34,741 nucleotides of DNA from a virus (lineage: Duplodnaviria > Caudoviricetes). Below are positions 8,228 through 16,908 of the stretch, piece by piece. Positions within the stretch are counted from its first letter, which is position 1, and each line of letters opens with the position of its first letter. A program made the translations under genes and the position numbers. Under the pieces are notes generated by a model. It worked only from the letters and a program-made list of their open reading frames with translations, had not been told where the DNA came from and ran no database searches. The stretch lies in the IMG/VR virus record IMGVR_UViG_3300020045_014497, positions 1 to 34,741 of that record; one strand, 5' to 3'.

Positions 8228-10615
8228 ATGATCTCCGGCCACGGAAATACACAAGCAAAAGTAGTAATTGTAGGAGATGGGGGGTCACAAAGTGATGTAA
8301 CTCAAGAATATGCATTGACAGGATATGTTGAATCAACTCTCCGGGATTTAGTAAAAGCCAATCATCTACATCTAGATGAACTTTATAGGACAGTTCTAAT
8401 CAAAGAAAAGACACATCAACTAGATTGGGAAGAAAACATCTCCCTTCTAAGTGAACAATATAAGGAGATTCTAAAAAATGAACTCTCACAGATCCAGCCT
8501 AATGTTGTTGTACCTATTGGAGAATTGGCATTTCAGTACGTGTCAGGTTTGCAAGGAATCACAAAATTTAGAGGAAGCATATTAGAAGGCCGTAAAGAAC
8601 TCATCGGAAAGCCTTTTAGGGTTATACCTGTTCTTGGACCAAGCCCCTACATTCAATTAGATGAAAAACAAAGAATCATTTCTCGCCTCGACTTCTCTAA
8701 AGTCTACTCTAACCAAGATAGAACAGATCCAATTCCAGAGTATGGTAATTGTTGGATTGCAAAAACTGCTGAAGCTTTTAATACATTCATAGGTAGAAAT
8801 AGAGATGCTGGCCTACTTGTCTTTGATATTGAAACTCATTTGGATACTCCTGTTTGTATCAGCTTTTGCTTTGATGGTCAAGAATCGTGTGCGGTCCCAC
8901 TCCTCGACAGGGATTTGTCGAAAGACAACAAGGTTCTTCTTTGGTATTCTGTGGCAAAAGTACTCGCCTCGCCAATTCCAAAGATCAATCAAAATATTAA
9001 GTTTGATTGGAAAAAACTAGCTCGCTATGGCTTCTTGATTAACAACGTAGTAGGGGACACGATGATTGCGTCCTCGATTTTATATGCTGAGTTTCCAAAG
9101 AACCTCGGCTTTTTAGCCTCAATCTATACAACAATGCCCTACTTTAAAGATGAAGGAAAAGATCTTGATCCATCTATGCATGGGCGGGAAAGACTCTATC
9201 TTTATTGTGCAAAAGACTCATTAGCGACCCATCAAATTCATACTCAACAATTAGTGGAGATGGATGAGACAGGGACTAAAAAAGTTTATGATAATGTAAT
9301 AGCTCTTCTACCTATTTACAAGAAAATGGAAGAAGGGCTCTTAATTGATGATACTCAAAGACAAAGACTTATTGCTAAGTATGAATCTCTCTTCGAGATT
9401 TATCTATTGAAGATTCGTCATATCCTAAGTGACAAACTATTCAACCCTCTTTCCCCTAAACAAGTAAATAAATTAGTCTACGACGACCTGAAATATAAAA
9501 CTGTGGTTGGAGTTAAGAAGAATAAGAAAACAGGTACACTGAAAACAGATGAGGAAACATTAGACCTTCTCGCTTGGGCATCAACTTATACATCTACAAT
9601 GCCCGGCGCCGAATTACTAAAGGCCATTTCCGCATGTCGTAAGTTTCATAAAATTCTTGAGCTTTTAAACCTCCCCCTTCACCCAGATGGACATTTCAAA
9701 TATGAATATAATTTAGGGGGGGCGGAGACTGGTAGAACAACATGTTCAGCATCTAGTGATTACCTACTACAGTTTAAGAATGGAAAGGTGATTGCAAAAA
9801 ACATTGGACACTCTATACAAAACATTGGAAAACATGGGTTCATTGTTGACGAAACCCAGTATGGTACTGAGTTACGAACTATTTTTGTTCCTCATCCTGG
9901 TTATAGTTTTGTGGAATGTGATCTTTCCCAAGCTGAGGCTAGAGTGGACGCAGTCCTTTCTTCTGATTACGATATTTTACCTGTTTTTGATAATGGAATT
10001 GGTATTCATCGGCTTACTGGTTCTTGGGTATTTGATTGTCAGCCGGGGGAAATAAAGAAGGGAACTTCAGAGTATCATTTAGCAAAAACAGTGAGACATG
10101 CGGGGGAGAGGAATATGCGAGGGTTTAGACTACTTCTTATGATCTCAAGGCCCCTAAGAGAGTGTGATGCAATTTTAGAGAAATTTCATAAAAACCAATC
10201 AAACATTAGAGAAGTGTTCCACAGAGAGATTTTTGATGTTGTGAAAAATCAACGAAAGTTGGTAGCACCTAACGGAAGACAACGAGTGTTCTTTGGAAAA
10301 ATAGATACTGACACACTAAACGAGGCAATCAGTTTTCTTCCTCAAGCAATTGTGGCAGATCAACTCAAATTTTCTCTAGTCAAGACTCTTAGTGAATTTC
10401 CTGAGGCCGTCCCTAAGGTAGAAGCACATGATGGATTTCTAGCAGAAGTGCCTACGGGCCGGGAAGAAGAATACGCACAAATTTTCAAGAGGAATGTAGA
10501 AACAGAGATTGATTTTAGAGCTTGTTCACTTTCTAGGGACTACAGACTTCTCATTCCTATGGAAGCACAGAGTTCATTAACTAATTGGAAGGAACTAAAG
10601 GACCTTAAAATATGA
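8228..10615 (+). CDS. polA: Family A DNA polymerase with N-terminal UDG(family 4)-like domain and 3'-5' exonuclease
   Basis: ExoI FDIET, ExoII NIKFD, ExoIII YCAKD; FNPLSPKQV; ETGR; motif A CDLSQAEAR; motif B AKTVRHA; motif C AHDG; N-terminus GHGN..AKVVIVG...P.VVVPIG...ITKFRGS. Confidence 0.95.
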   Translation: MISGHGNTQAKVVIVGDGGSQSDVTQEYALTGYVESTLRDLVKANHLHLDELYRTVLIKEKTHQLDWEENISLLSEQYKEILKNELSQIQPNVVVPIGELAFQYVSGLQGITKFRGSILEGRKELIGKPFRVIPVLGPSPYIQLDEKQRIISRLDFSKVYSNQDRTDPIPEYGNCWIAKTAEAFNTFIGRNRDAGLLVFDIETHLDTPVCISFCFDGQESCAVPLLDRDLSKDNKVLLWYSVAKVLASPIPKINQNIKFDWKKLARYGFLINNVVGDTMIASSILYAEFPKNLGFLASIYTTMPYFKDEGKDLDPSMHGRERLYLYCAKDSLATHQIHTQQLVEMDETGTKKVYDNVIALLPIYKKMEEGLLIDDTQRQRLIAKYESLFEIYLLKIRHILSDKLFNPLSPKQVNKLVYDDLKYKTVVGVKKNKKTGTLKTDEETLDLLAWASTYTSTMPGAELLKAISACRKFHKILELLNLPLHPDGHFKYEYNLGGAETGRTTCSASSDYLLQFKNGKVIAKNIGHSIQNIGKHGFIVDETQYGTELRTIFVPHPGYSFVECDLSQAEARVDAVLSSDYDILPVFDNGIGIHRLTGSWVFDCQPGEIKKGTSEYHLAKTVRHAGERNMRGFRLLLMISRPLRECDAILEKFHKNQSNIREVFHREIFDVVKNQRKLVAPNGRQRVFFGKIDTDTLNEAISFLPQAIVADQLKFSLVKTLSEFPEAVPKVEAHDGFLAEVPTGREEEYAQIFKRNVETEIDFRACSLSRDYRLLIPMEAQSSLTNWKELKDLKI

Positions 10616-11025
10616 ATCTAGATAAACACACACTAGATATGTTAAAGCACACGATTAAGTGTCAGTATAGGTTATCTGAAGGCGAATCTCCTTGTGATTA
10701 TAATTGTGTTAAACCTGAAGCAATCCGGGATTCCGTAGGTTATCGCTACGACGTTCTCTATTGGAACTTCATTCATGCAATGGCAGAAATTGGTCACATT
10801 GGAGCAGAGAAATATGGAGATTTAAATTATCAACAATCAAAACTCCGGAGGGATAAATCACCAGTAAACCACATGGCTAACCATCTACGACAGTACATTA
10901 ATGGAGAAAAACACGATAAATTAGGAGATAGAAAATATCAACTAGCTGCAATTGCTTTTAATGCTATGATGGAATTTTATTACTCGGAGAATAAGGATGC
11001 CTCAAGCCCAAAAATTGATCTGTGA
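10612..11025 (+). CDS. DUF5664-like dATP/dGTP diphosphohydrolase domain protein
   Basis: RYDVL...AEI...GAEKYGDLNY...NHL..Y..GE..D...LAAIAFNAMM; ATGA-coupled to pol. Confidence 0.8.
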   Translation: MNLDKHTLDMLKHTIKCQYRLSEGESPCDYNCVKPEAIRDSVGYRYDVLYWNFIHAMAEIGHIGAEKYGDLNYQQSKLRRDKSPVNHMANHLRQYINGEKHDKLGDRKYQLAAIAFNAMMEFYYSENKDASSPKIDL

Positions 11026-11281
11026 ACAATGCTCTAAGGCTTACTACGCGACCCGCGCCGATTCCAAATATTGCAGTTCTAAATGTCGTTCAGATAAAAG
11101 AATGGAGGATGCAAAGTTTGATCTTCCTGAAATTCCTAAAAGTGCAACCACTGGGATTTCTTTTAACGGGTTAAGGAATAAGTGGGTAGTTGTGTTAAAG
11201 AAGAAATACCTGGGGAGTTTTAATACTGAGATTGAGGCAGTTAAATTTTTACATGAGGTAAAAAATGTCAAACATCTTTGA
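10997..11281 (+). CDS. Zn-finger plus AP2-like DNA-binding protein
   Basis: CEQC...KYCSSKC and TGISF....KW.V...KYLGSF.TE.EA; no HNH motif. Confidence 0.7.
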   Translation: MPQAQKLICEQCSKAYYATRADSKYCSSKCRSDKRMEDAKFDLPEIPKSATTGISFNGLRNKWVVVLKKKYLGSFNTEIEAVKFLHEVKNVKHL

Positions 11282-11564
11282 TAATATTGTTACAGTAGAA
11301 AGCCTAAATGAAATTCTAAAAAAACCATCTATACTAGAGATAGTTGGGCCATCAAAAAATGAATTAGCTATACTTAATAAGCTAGAACAATTTTATTCAT
11401 TAGTATTAAATCCCTACCAAGCTAAAAATTTTTACGATATCCCATTTAGTATTGCTTGTGCTTCAATAACAATGTTGTTATTACAAAAAGGATTTGAGAT
11501 GGGAAGGAAAAGTCATGAAACTTCAACTAGACCCAGCCACTCCTCAACAGATAAATTACATTGA
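11265..11564 (+). CDS. Hypothetical protein
   Basis: 99-aa ORF with GAGGT RBS. Confidence 0.65.
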   Translation: MSNIFDNIVTVESLNEILKKPSILEIVGPSKNELAILNKLEQFYSLVLNPYQAKNFYDIPFSIACASITMLLLQKGFEMGRKSHETSTRPSHSSTDKLH

Positions 11565-11730
11565 GATTCTTTTGAATGATGTTCAAGTCTCCTATAATGC
11601 TCGAACCATCTATCTCTCACAAATGCATCAACGAGAAATTAAATACTTAGACCAATTAACAAAAAAAGAAGCATCCACAACCATCAATGAATTAAAAAGA
11701 TGGAAAGAGACTCTTACTGCGCGAGGATAA
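11494..11730 (+). CDS. Small helical protein with a PAT..Q..YI...LTK.EAS..I motif (likely start ATG 11515)
   Basis: Recurrent small phage domain pattern; GGAAGGA upstream of 11515. Confidence 0.7.
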   Translation: MRWEGKVMKLQLDPATPQQINYIEILLNDVQVSYNARTIYLSQMHQREIKYLDQLTKKEASTTINELKRWKETLTARG

Positions 11731-11769
11731 TGATTTTGATTTTTACGAAGGGATTAAAGTGCAGACAAG

Positions 11770-12951
11770 ATGAACTTTTTGAAGTCCATCATGGAGTATA
11801 CGAAACATTATGAATCTCCAACAAGTTTCTGGCGGTGGGCAGGAATTACTGCCATTTCTGCTGTAATTAGAGATCATGTCTATCTCCCACAGGGGGAAAC
11901 AATAATATGCCCTAATATCTACACTCTGCTTCTAGCAAGCTCTGCGGAACATAGAAAAGGGCGCCCGATTGCACTTTGTGAGAAATTGGTAACTGCGGTA
12001 AAATCCACAAAGGTCATTTCCGGGCGGTCATCAATCCAAGCAATCTTAGATGAATTAGCAAGAGGGGAAACTGACAAAACTACTGGACATCTCATGAGAG
12101 GAGGTTCTGCCCTTTTCTCAGCTCCTGAATTAAGCGCGGGTCTAGTCAGTGATCCTGATGCGATTAAGATCCTCACAGATATTTATGATTTTAGACAGGA
12201 ATATACTAGCAGATTAAGGGGGAGTGGGATCTTCAGGATTAAGAATGTTTGCTTCACTATGATGGCAGCATCTAATGAGGAACTTCTTAGGGATGTCTAC
12301 GATACTAAGGCACTATTTGGGGGACTGTTAGGCAGGACTTTTCTAATCAAACCTGATGAGTTTAGAAAAGCTAATTCACTCTGGGAAGTGAGGGACACTG
12401 CTGAAACATTTAATGGATTAATTAAACTTTTGAAAGACGCGGCTACACTAAAAGGAGAATTTGAAGTTGAACCTTGTGCTCAAAAGTTATATGATAGTTG
12501 GTATGAACCATTCAGGGAAAGCTATAGGGGAAAATCAGATAAATCAGGTGTCTACGGTAGAATCCATACAAGTATACTTAAACTAGCTATGATACTTTGT
12601 GTGAATGAAACCTTGGAAAAAGTAGTACTTAAAATACACATGGAGGAGGCCATTGAGGAAGGAATTGGATTAATACCAAATTACCACAATTTTGTTATGG
12701 GAAACGCTAAAACACCAGTTGCTGAAGTTGCTACAATTTTAATTCATGAGCTATTTATAGCAAAAGACAAGACATTATCCAGGAGAATGATCTTGGGAAA
12801 ACATTTTAATCAATTTGATTCAGAAATGTTAGACAAGGCCGTAATTACACTGGAACAGGGAGGAATGATTATTACACAAATGAGTTCAGAAGGAGGAGTT
12901 GCATATCGTATGACTGAGAAATGTGGGGACTTATTGGAGAAGGGGAAATGA
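11770..12951 (+). CDS. DUF3987/YfjI-like replicative helicase-type ATPase with C-terminal wHTH
   Basis: ESP..FW.W...AISA...PNIY.LL...RKG, PELS, L.DIYD, GGLLGR arginine-finger region, KLAMIL. Confidence 0.8.
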   Translation: MNFLKSIMEYTKHYESPTSFWRWAGITAISAVIRDHVYLPQGETIICPNIYTLLLASSAEHRKGRPIALCEKLVTAVKSTKVISGRSSIQAILDELARGETDKTTGHLMRGGSALFSAPELSAGLVSDPDAIKILTDIYDFRQEYTSRLRGSGIFRIKNVCFTMMAASNEELLRDVYDTKALFGGLLGRTFLIKPDEFRKANSLWEVRDTAETFNGLIKLLKDAATLKGEFEVEPCAQKLYDSWYEPFRESYRGKSDKSGVYGRIHTSILKLAMILCVNETLEKVVLKIHMEEAIEEGIGLIPNYHNFVMGNAKTPVAEVATILIHELFIAKDKTLSRRMILGKHFNQFDSEMLDKAVITLEQGGMIITQMSSEGGVAYRMTEKCGDLLEKGK

Positions 12952-13328
12952 TAATTCCAAGTGCAAGAGTAGACCTGCTCTATGATTCGTTAGAGGTTTT
13001 AATTGGATCATTAACTTTCTCAGTTTTAATAGATCAAGAACAATGTGAGATTATTAGAAAGGAGATTTACGAAAAAGCAAAGAAGGTTGATGAACCAATA
13101 ACAAAAGTAGATCTCATAGGTCTTTGGAAACTAAGGAATGGATCTTTTGCAAAGGTAGATATATATCATACAGAAATTGAAAAATTTGGAGGAGTTTTTC
13201 TTGAAAATAATACAAAAACAATTTCACTCTGGGATCTTCAAGGAAATAATATATACTCTGCTTCCGTAGATCTTATGAAAAGATGTCGAGGGGGAGAAGA
13301 TACAAGTGAGAAATGGCCAACAATATGA
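12921..13328 (+). CDS. Hypothetical protein (likely start ATG 12948)
   Basis: C-part WKLRNG..A.V...W..G...DL resembles short phage beta-domains. Confidence 0.65.
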   Translation: MWGLIGEGEMIIPSARVDLLYDSLEVLIGSLTFSVLIDQEQCEIIRKEIYEKAKKVDEPITKVDLIGLWKLRNGSFAKVDIYHTEIEKFGGVFLENNTKTISLWDLQGNNIYSASVDLMKRCRGGEDTSEKWPTI

Positions 13329-13537
13329 AATTAACATATCTTGTATTCCCCAATGAGGTTCAGATCAACTATGATACTAGTATAATAGGGAATATACCAT
13401 TTGGGAATAGTGAACAAAAAATTGTTATTCAAAATACTCTTGATCTACTAATACCCTTGATAGACGAACTTAATAGTAAGCTGGAGGAAAAAGAACCTAT
13501 CATATATGAGATAATAACATTAGCTACTAGCGATTAG
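13313..13537 (+). CDS. Hypothetical protein, last gene of the + arm
   Basis: ORF whose 3' end overlaps the convergent - strand gene by 11 nt. Confidence 0.55.
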   Translation: MANNMKLTYLVFPNEVQINYDTSIIGNIPFGNSEQKIVIQNTLDLLIPLIDELNSKLEEKEPIIYEIITLATSD

Positions 13538-14960
13538 GAATAAATTCTCCATTCTCATTCAAGGTTCCCTTTACTTTCCCTTCTCTAGTATTTGCATAAA
13601 CCTCGATGCCCCTCAATGAGCTAGCAAGAGCTTTAGCAATAAAACCTGCCTCGGGTAGATCTTTTGGTGTTTTGATAGCTGTTAGAACCATCTTTTGAGC
13701 TGCTGGATTTTTCAAAAGATGGTTCACAGCAGCTTCTCCAAAAACTATTGCACTCAATCCACCTGTAACAATAGATCCTGCAGTTGCCCCAAAGATACTT
13801 CCAGTTGCAATTCCTGTACCAATATTAAAAATTAACCTGTTTTTTGTATACTCAACAACACCAGGCTGCTTAGTTGGAATAGCATCTTCTAAAGATTTTA
13901 ATTGATTCAGAAACGAAGTAACCTCTTTTAATCTATCTTTACCAATTGCCTCAAGATAAATATCTCTAGCCTCACCATTTAGCTCTGATAAAATCATATC
14001 CGGTTGAATAGCTTGAGTTTTGTTGCTAATTCCTTTTATGACTGCCCTATTTAACGCTAGTGATTCTGCAACCTCAGGCCCCGCGACCATTTTCAAATTG
14101 CGAACATGTGTCACATCACTAAGTACTTTATTTGCTAGCTTTCCAAACTCAACAGTACCCGCGCCGCCTTTTGAAAGTTGCTCATTTAAATCTAGTAGTT
14201 CTGCTGCAACAGGGTTCTCTCCAAATTTCTTAGCTATCTCTGTTTCAATTGGTTCTTTTTGAGACTTTATTATTTGAGGAATTGACGGAGTTTGCTTTCT
14301 TACAAAATCTTCCCCAGATCTATTTGCAATAGAATTTAGTAATCTTTCATTTGTGGAAAGACCTGTGGGCATATCTACTATAGGTTTCTTTATGTTTTCT
14401 AATTTAAGCCCTAGCTCTTTTCTTAATTCACTTGCACCCTGTGCCGCTTTCGTTAATTGATCTACTTCAGAACTCCTAAATCCTTCAATTCCCTTGGCAA
14501 ATTGTTGAGCTGCATCTTTAGCCTCTAACTGTTTTACAGCAGGGAATGCAAACTTAGTCTTAGCTAAAAACTTGCTAAGCATCTGTTTAGGGCCACCTGC
14601 GAGAATCTTTTCAAGTGGGAGAAAATTAAATGCTGTGTCAACTCCTGCTTCAACTGCCGAAGGTGGTTCCCCAAATGATTGAGGATCAAGATTTTTTAAT
14701 CCATACCCAAGAAAATTACCTGCTAATGCTCCAACCGGCCCACCTAGTAAACCACCAGAAATTGAAAGTGCAGCAGGAGCAGCTTTTAGTGGAGATGGGA
14801 CTCCCTCAAGATTTGGAGAAGTGATAGGTTTCTCAATTTGGCCCGGAGCAGTAAATACCTTAGGTTGTAGAGAAATAGCTTGCTCAATCTCCTGATCAGA
14901 CATAGTGTCAGGAAAGTCTACGTCCCCTACTCCAGGAATATTAATAGTTTTAGCAGGCAT
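13527..14960 (-). CDS. Putative internal virion (ejection/DNA-transfer) protein
   Basis: Last gene of the structural arm; N-terminal VDFPD.MS..EI..AI motif; Gly/Ala-rich hydrophobic segments; mostly helical. Confidence 0.65.
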   Translation of the reverse strand: MPAKTINIPGVGDVDFPDTMSDQEIEQAISLQPKVFTAPGQIEKPITSPNLEGVPSPLKAAPAALSISGGLLGGPVGALAGNFLGYGLKNLDPQSFGEPPSAVEAGVDTAFNFLPLEKILAGGPKQMLSKFLAKTKFAFPAVKQLEAKDAAQQFAKGIEGFRSSEVDQLTKAAQGASELRKELGLKLENIKKPIVDMPTGLSTNERLLNSIANRSGEDFVRKQTPSIPQIIKSQKEPIETEIAKKFGENPVAAELLDLNEQLSKGGAGTVEFGKLANKVLSDVTHVRNLKMVAGPEVAESLALNRAVIKGISNKTQAIQPDMILSELNGEARDIYLEAIGKDRLKEVTSFLNQLKSLEDAIPTKQPGVVEYTKNRLIFNIGTGIATGSIFGATAGSIVTGGLSAIVFGEAAVNHLLKNPAAQKMVLTAIKTPKDLPEAGFIAKALASSLRGIEVYANTREGKVKGTLNENGEFIPNR

Positions 14961-16216
14961 TACTGTTCCTCAATCTTTCCTGTTTTAGGATTGTAGACTT
15001 TTCTCTTAGGGGTAGATTTAGAAAGCTTGCTAGGATCAATTTCTCGATTAGAAAGAATAGCAGATTTCTGATCCTCAGGATATTTAGCAAAATTTCCACT
15101 TAACTTAGTCCGATAGTAATCCTCAATTTCAGCAGCTCTACTCAAGTTGTCTTTATAGGATGAGCCAAGCCTAAAAATTCTAGACTGAGCATATTCCCTA
15201 TCCTTATTCGAGAATGCCCCCTTATCAACTCCTTCATATCTCGCAAGTTGTCCTGCAAGATTATCAAGTTCATCTTTAATCACCTTTGCAGGTCCCACCC
15301 CAATAGCTAACTTTCCAGTACTTCCAATTCCACCTTTAGGTCCATCATAAGAATACTCTGCAAGCTGCTTAGATAGATCAGCAATTCTCTGAATCGTTGG
15401 GTAAACGTCAAGTGAATTAGCATCTCCTTTAGAAATAGGTGTCCAGTCCTTAGGAAGATTAGAACGAACCACTCCCTCATATTTTACAGGAACAGGTTTA
15501 TTCCCCGTGATATACGCATCATTAATGAAACTTTGTACAATCCCCTCATTCTCACTCCCCCCAAGAGCAAGTCTTGTCCTTGCTGCAACCTGAGCAGTAA
15601 ACCTATCAGTTGCATCTCGCATTTGTGCAATCTTTTCCTGAGACTGAATCTGTTCTCTAGTCCTTAGAAGATCAGATGCTTCATTTTCTCTTTGAAGGGT
15701 TTGACGAATTTGTCCTTGTCTAAGATCTTGCTCTTGTTCAAAAGGTGCCCTTGCCTGAGCCTGAGATTGAGTGATTGCCCCGGCTTCTTGAGCCTTTCCA
15801 GAGATAATATTTTCTAGAGTAGGAAACAAACTAGGATCATATTGATTTCCAGTTAGAGGATCTTGAATTCCTTGCTGAACAGAAACACCGCCCGGCCCCA
15901 TTTCAAATGTACCAGGAATTGCCGAAGGTTGAGGTTTTGCCCCACCAGCGATTGCTTTACTAAGACTTTCAAATCCTTTTGCCTTTGATTCAAAGCTGTG
16001 TTGTTTCAGTAGAAGATCAAGCCTAGTTTTATCGAGATCATTTGCCTGTTGAGCAAGTTCTGCCCTCTGCTTCATTGCCTCCCGGTCGATTTTCTCTTGT
16101 TCAAGATTTTTTCTCTTAGCTTCTTCCTGTTGAAGCCTTGATTGCTCAAGCTGTTGCCCTTGAACATATGCTTGAATAATTGGATGAATGTAGTCTGCTG
16201 GATTATTTGATGCCAT
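14960..16216 (-). CDS. Putative internal virion (ejection) protein
   Basis: Gln/Glu/Arg coiled-coil N-half; C-terminal VYNPKTGKIE motif; position between pilot-like genes. Confidence 0.65.
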   Translation of the reverse strand: MASNNPADYIHPIIQAYVQGQQLEQSRLQQEEAKRKNLEQEKIDREAMKQRAELAQQANDLDKTRLDLLLKQHSFESKAKGFESLSKAIAGGAKPQPSAIPGTFEMGPGGVSVQQGIQDPLTGNQYDPSLFPTLENIISGKAQEAGAITQSQAQARAPFEQEQDLRQGQIRQTLQRENEASDLLRTREQIQSQEKIAQMRDATDRFTAQVAARTRLALGGSENEGIVQSFINDAYITGNKPVPVKYEGVVRSNLPKDWTPISKGDANSLDVYPTIQRIADLSKQLAEYSYDGPKGGIGSTGKLAIGVGPAKVIKDELDNLAGQLARYEGVDKGAFSNKDREYAQSRIFRLGSSYKDNLSRAAEIEDYYRTKLSGNFAKYPEDQKSAILSNREIDPSKLSKSTPKRKVYNPKTGKIEEQ

Positions 16217-16225
16217 TAGAATCTC

Positions 16226-16894
16226 CTAAACATTCAAACCACTACTAGACCCACCACCAAAAGCTTTTAGAAGTTGAGGAAGTGTAAGGGCAAAGCCAGA
16301 ACCAAGCCCACTAAACAATCCACCAAGTTGATTTCCAGGGATTTGTCCTGTTCCAGTAGTTGTTCCACTCTGATTCTGACTAAATATATTCGTACCTGTT
16401 TGTCTAGTCGCCGTGGGAAGTGCTCCAAAACCAGAGATTAGATCTTGAATATTCTTATCCTCAAATTGTTTTTTCAATAGCGGGATTGTATTTAAGAAGT
16501 CAGTACTCTGAGCAACTCTATCATTCTCCTGTTGTGCTGAAGCCGAGGCCGCCGCGGGAGAATAAGATAGACCTCTCTGGGACATGATATTTGACAGAAG
16601 TTGAGACTTTATATCCGAGGCCCGATTAATATTCTTCAACCCTCCAGCTTCATAGCCCGATAAATCGGCGGGACCAGCATTGAACTTATTAATCAATGCA
16701 TCTGTAAAAAGTCTAGAAAGATCTAATTGTCCCTGACTCAATTCTGGCGAGGATAAGTTGTCATAAGACGAAGATCCCCCAGAGGTTGAGTTTGATGTAG
16801 ATGTTGATTGTTGCTGTTGTTTCCTCCCACCGAATAATCCAGCAAGTGCTGAGATCCCGGAAAGTGCTAGAGGAATTGCTAACGGAAATGGCAT
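16226..16894 (-). CDS. Putative pilot/ejection protein (P22 gp7 / T7 gp14-like position)
   Basis: Hydrophobic N-terminus LAIPLALSGISALAGLFGG, Ser/Thr/Gln tract, QRGL motif, Gly-rich C-terminus. Confidence 0.7.
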   Translation of the reverse strand: MPFPLAIPLALSGISALAGLFGGRKQQQQSTSTSNSTSGGSSSYDNLSSPELSQGQLDLSRLFTDALINKFNAGPADLSGYEAGGLKNINRASDIKSQLLSNIMSQRGLSYSPAAASASAQQENDRVAQSTDFLNTIPLLKKQFEDKNIQDLISGFGALPTATRQTGTNIFSQNQSGTTTGTGQIPGNQLGGLFSGLGSGFALTLPQLLKAFGGGSSSGLNV

Positions 16895-16908
16895 TTCAAT
16901 TTCCTTTC

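Noticed and set aside
8228-10615. Intein or intron in the polymerase
   Set aside because: Length and motif spacing fit UDG-like + exo + pol domains; no splicing motifs or endonuclease insert
11920-11975. Degenerate Walker A (ASSAEHRKG) as proof of an inactive DUF3987 helicase
   Set aside because: The Lys is retained and this family is variable in its P-loop; inactivity cannot be concluded by eye
995-12176. Short - strand and nested ORFs in the replication arm (e.g. 995..1246, 2612..2845, 8805..9020, 9792..10055, 11919..12176)
   Set aside because: Fully inside well-supported genes and with no recognisable motifs
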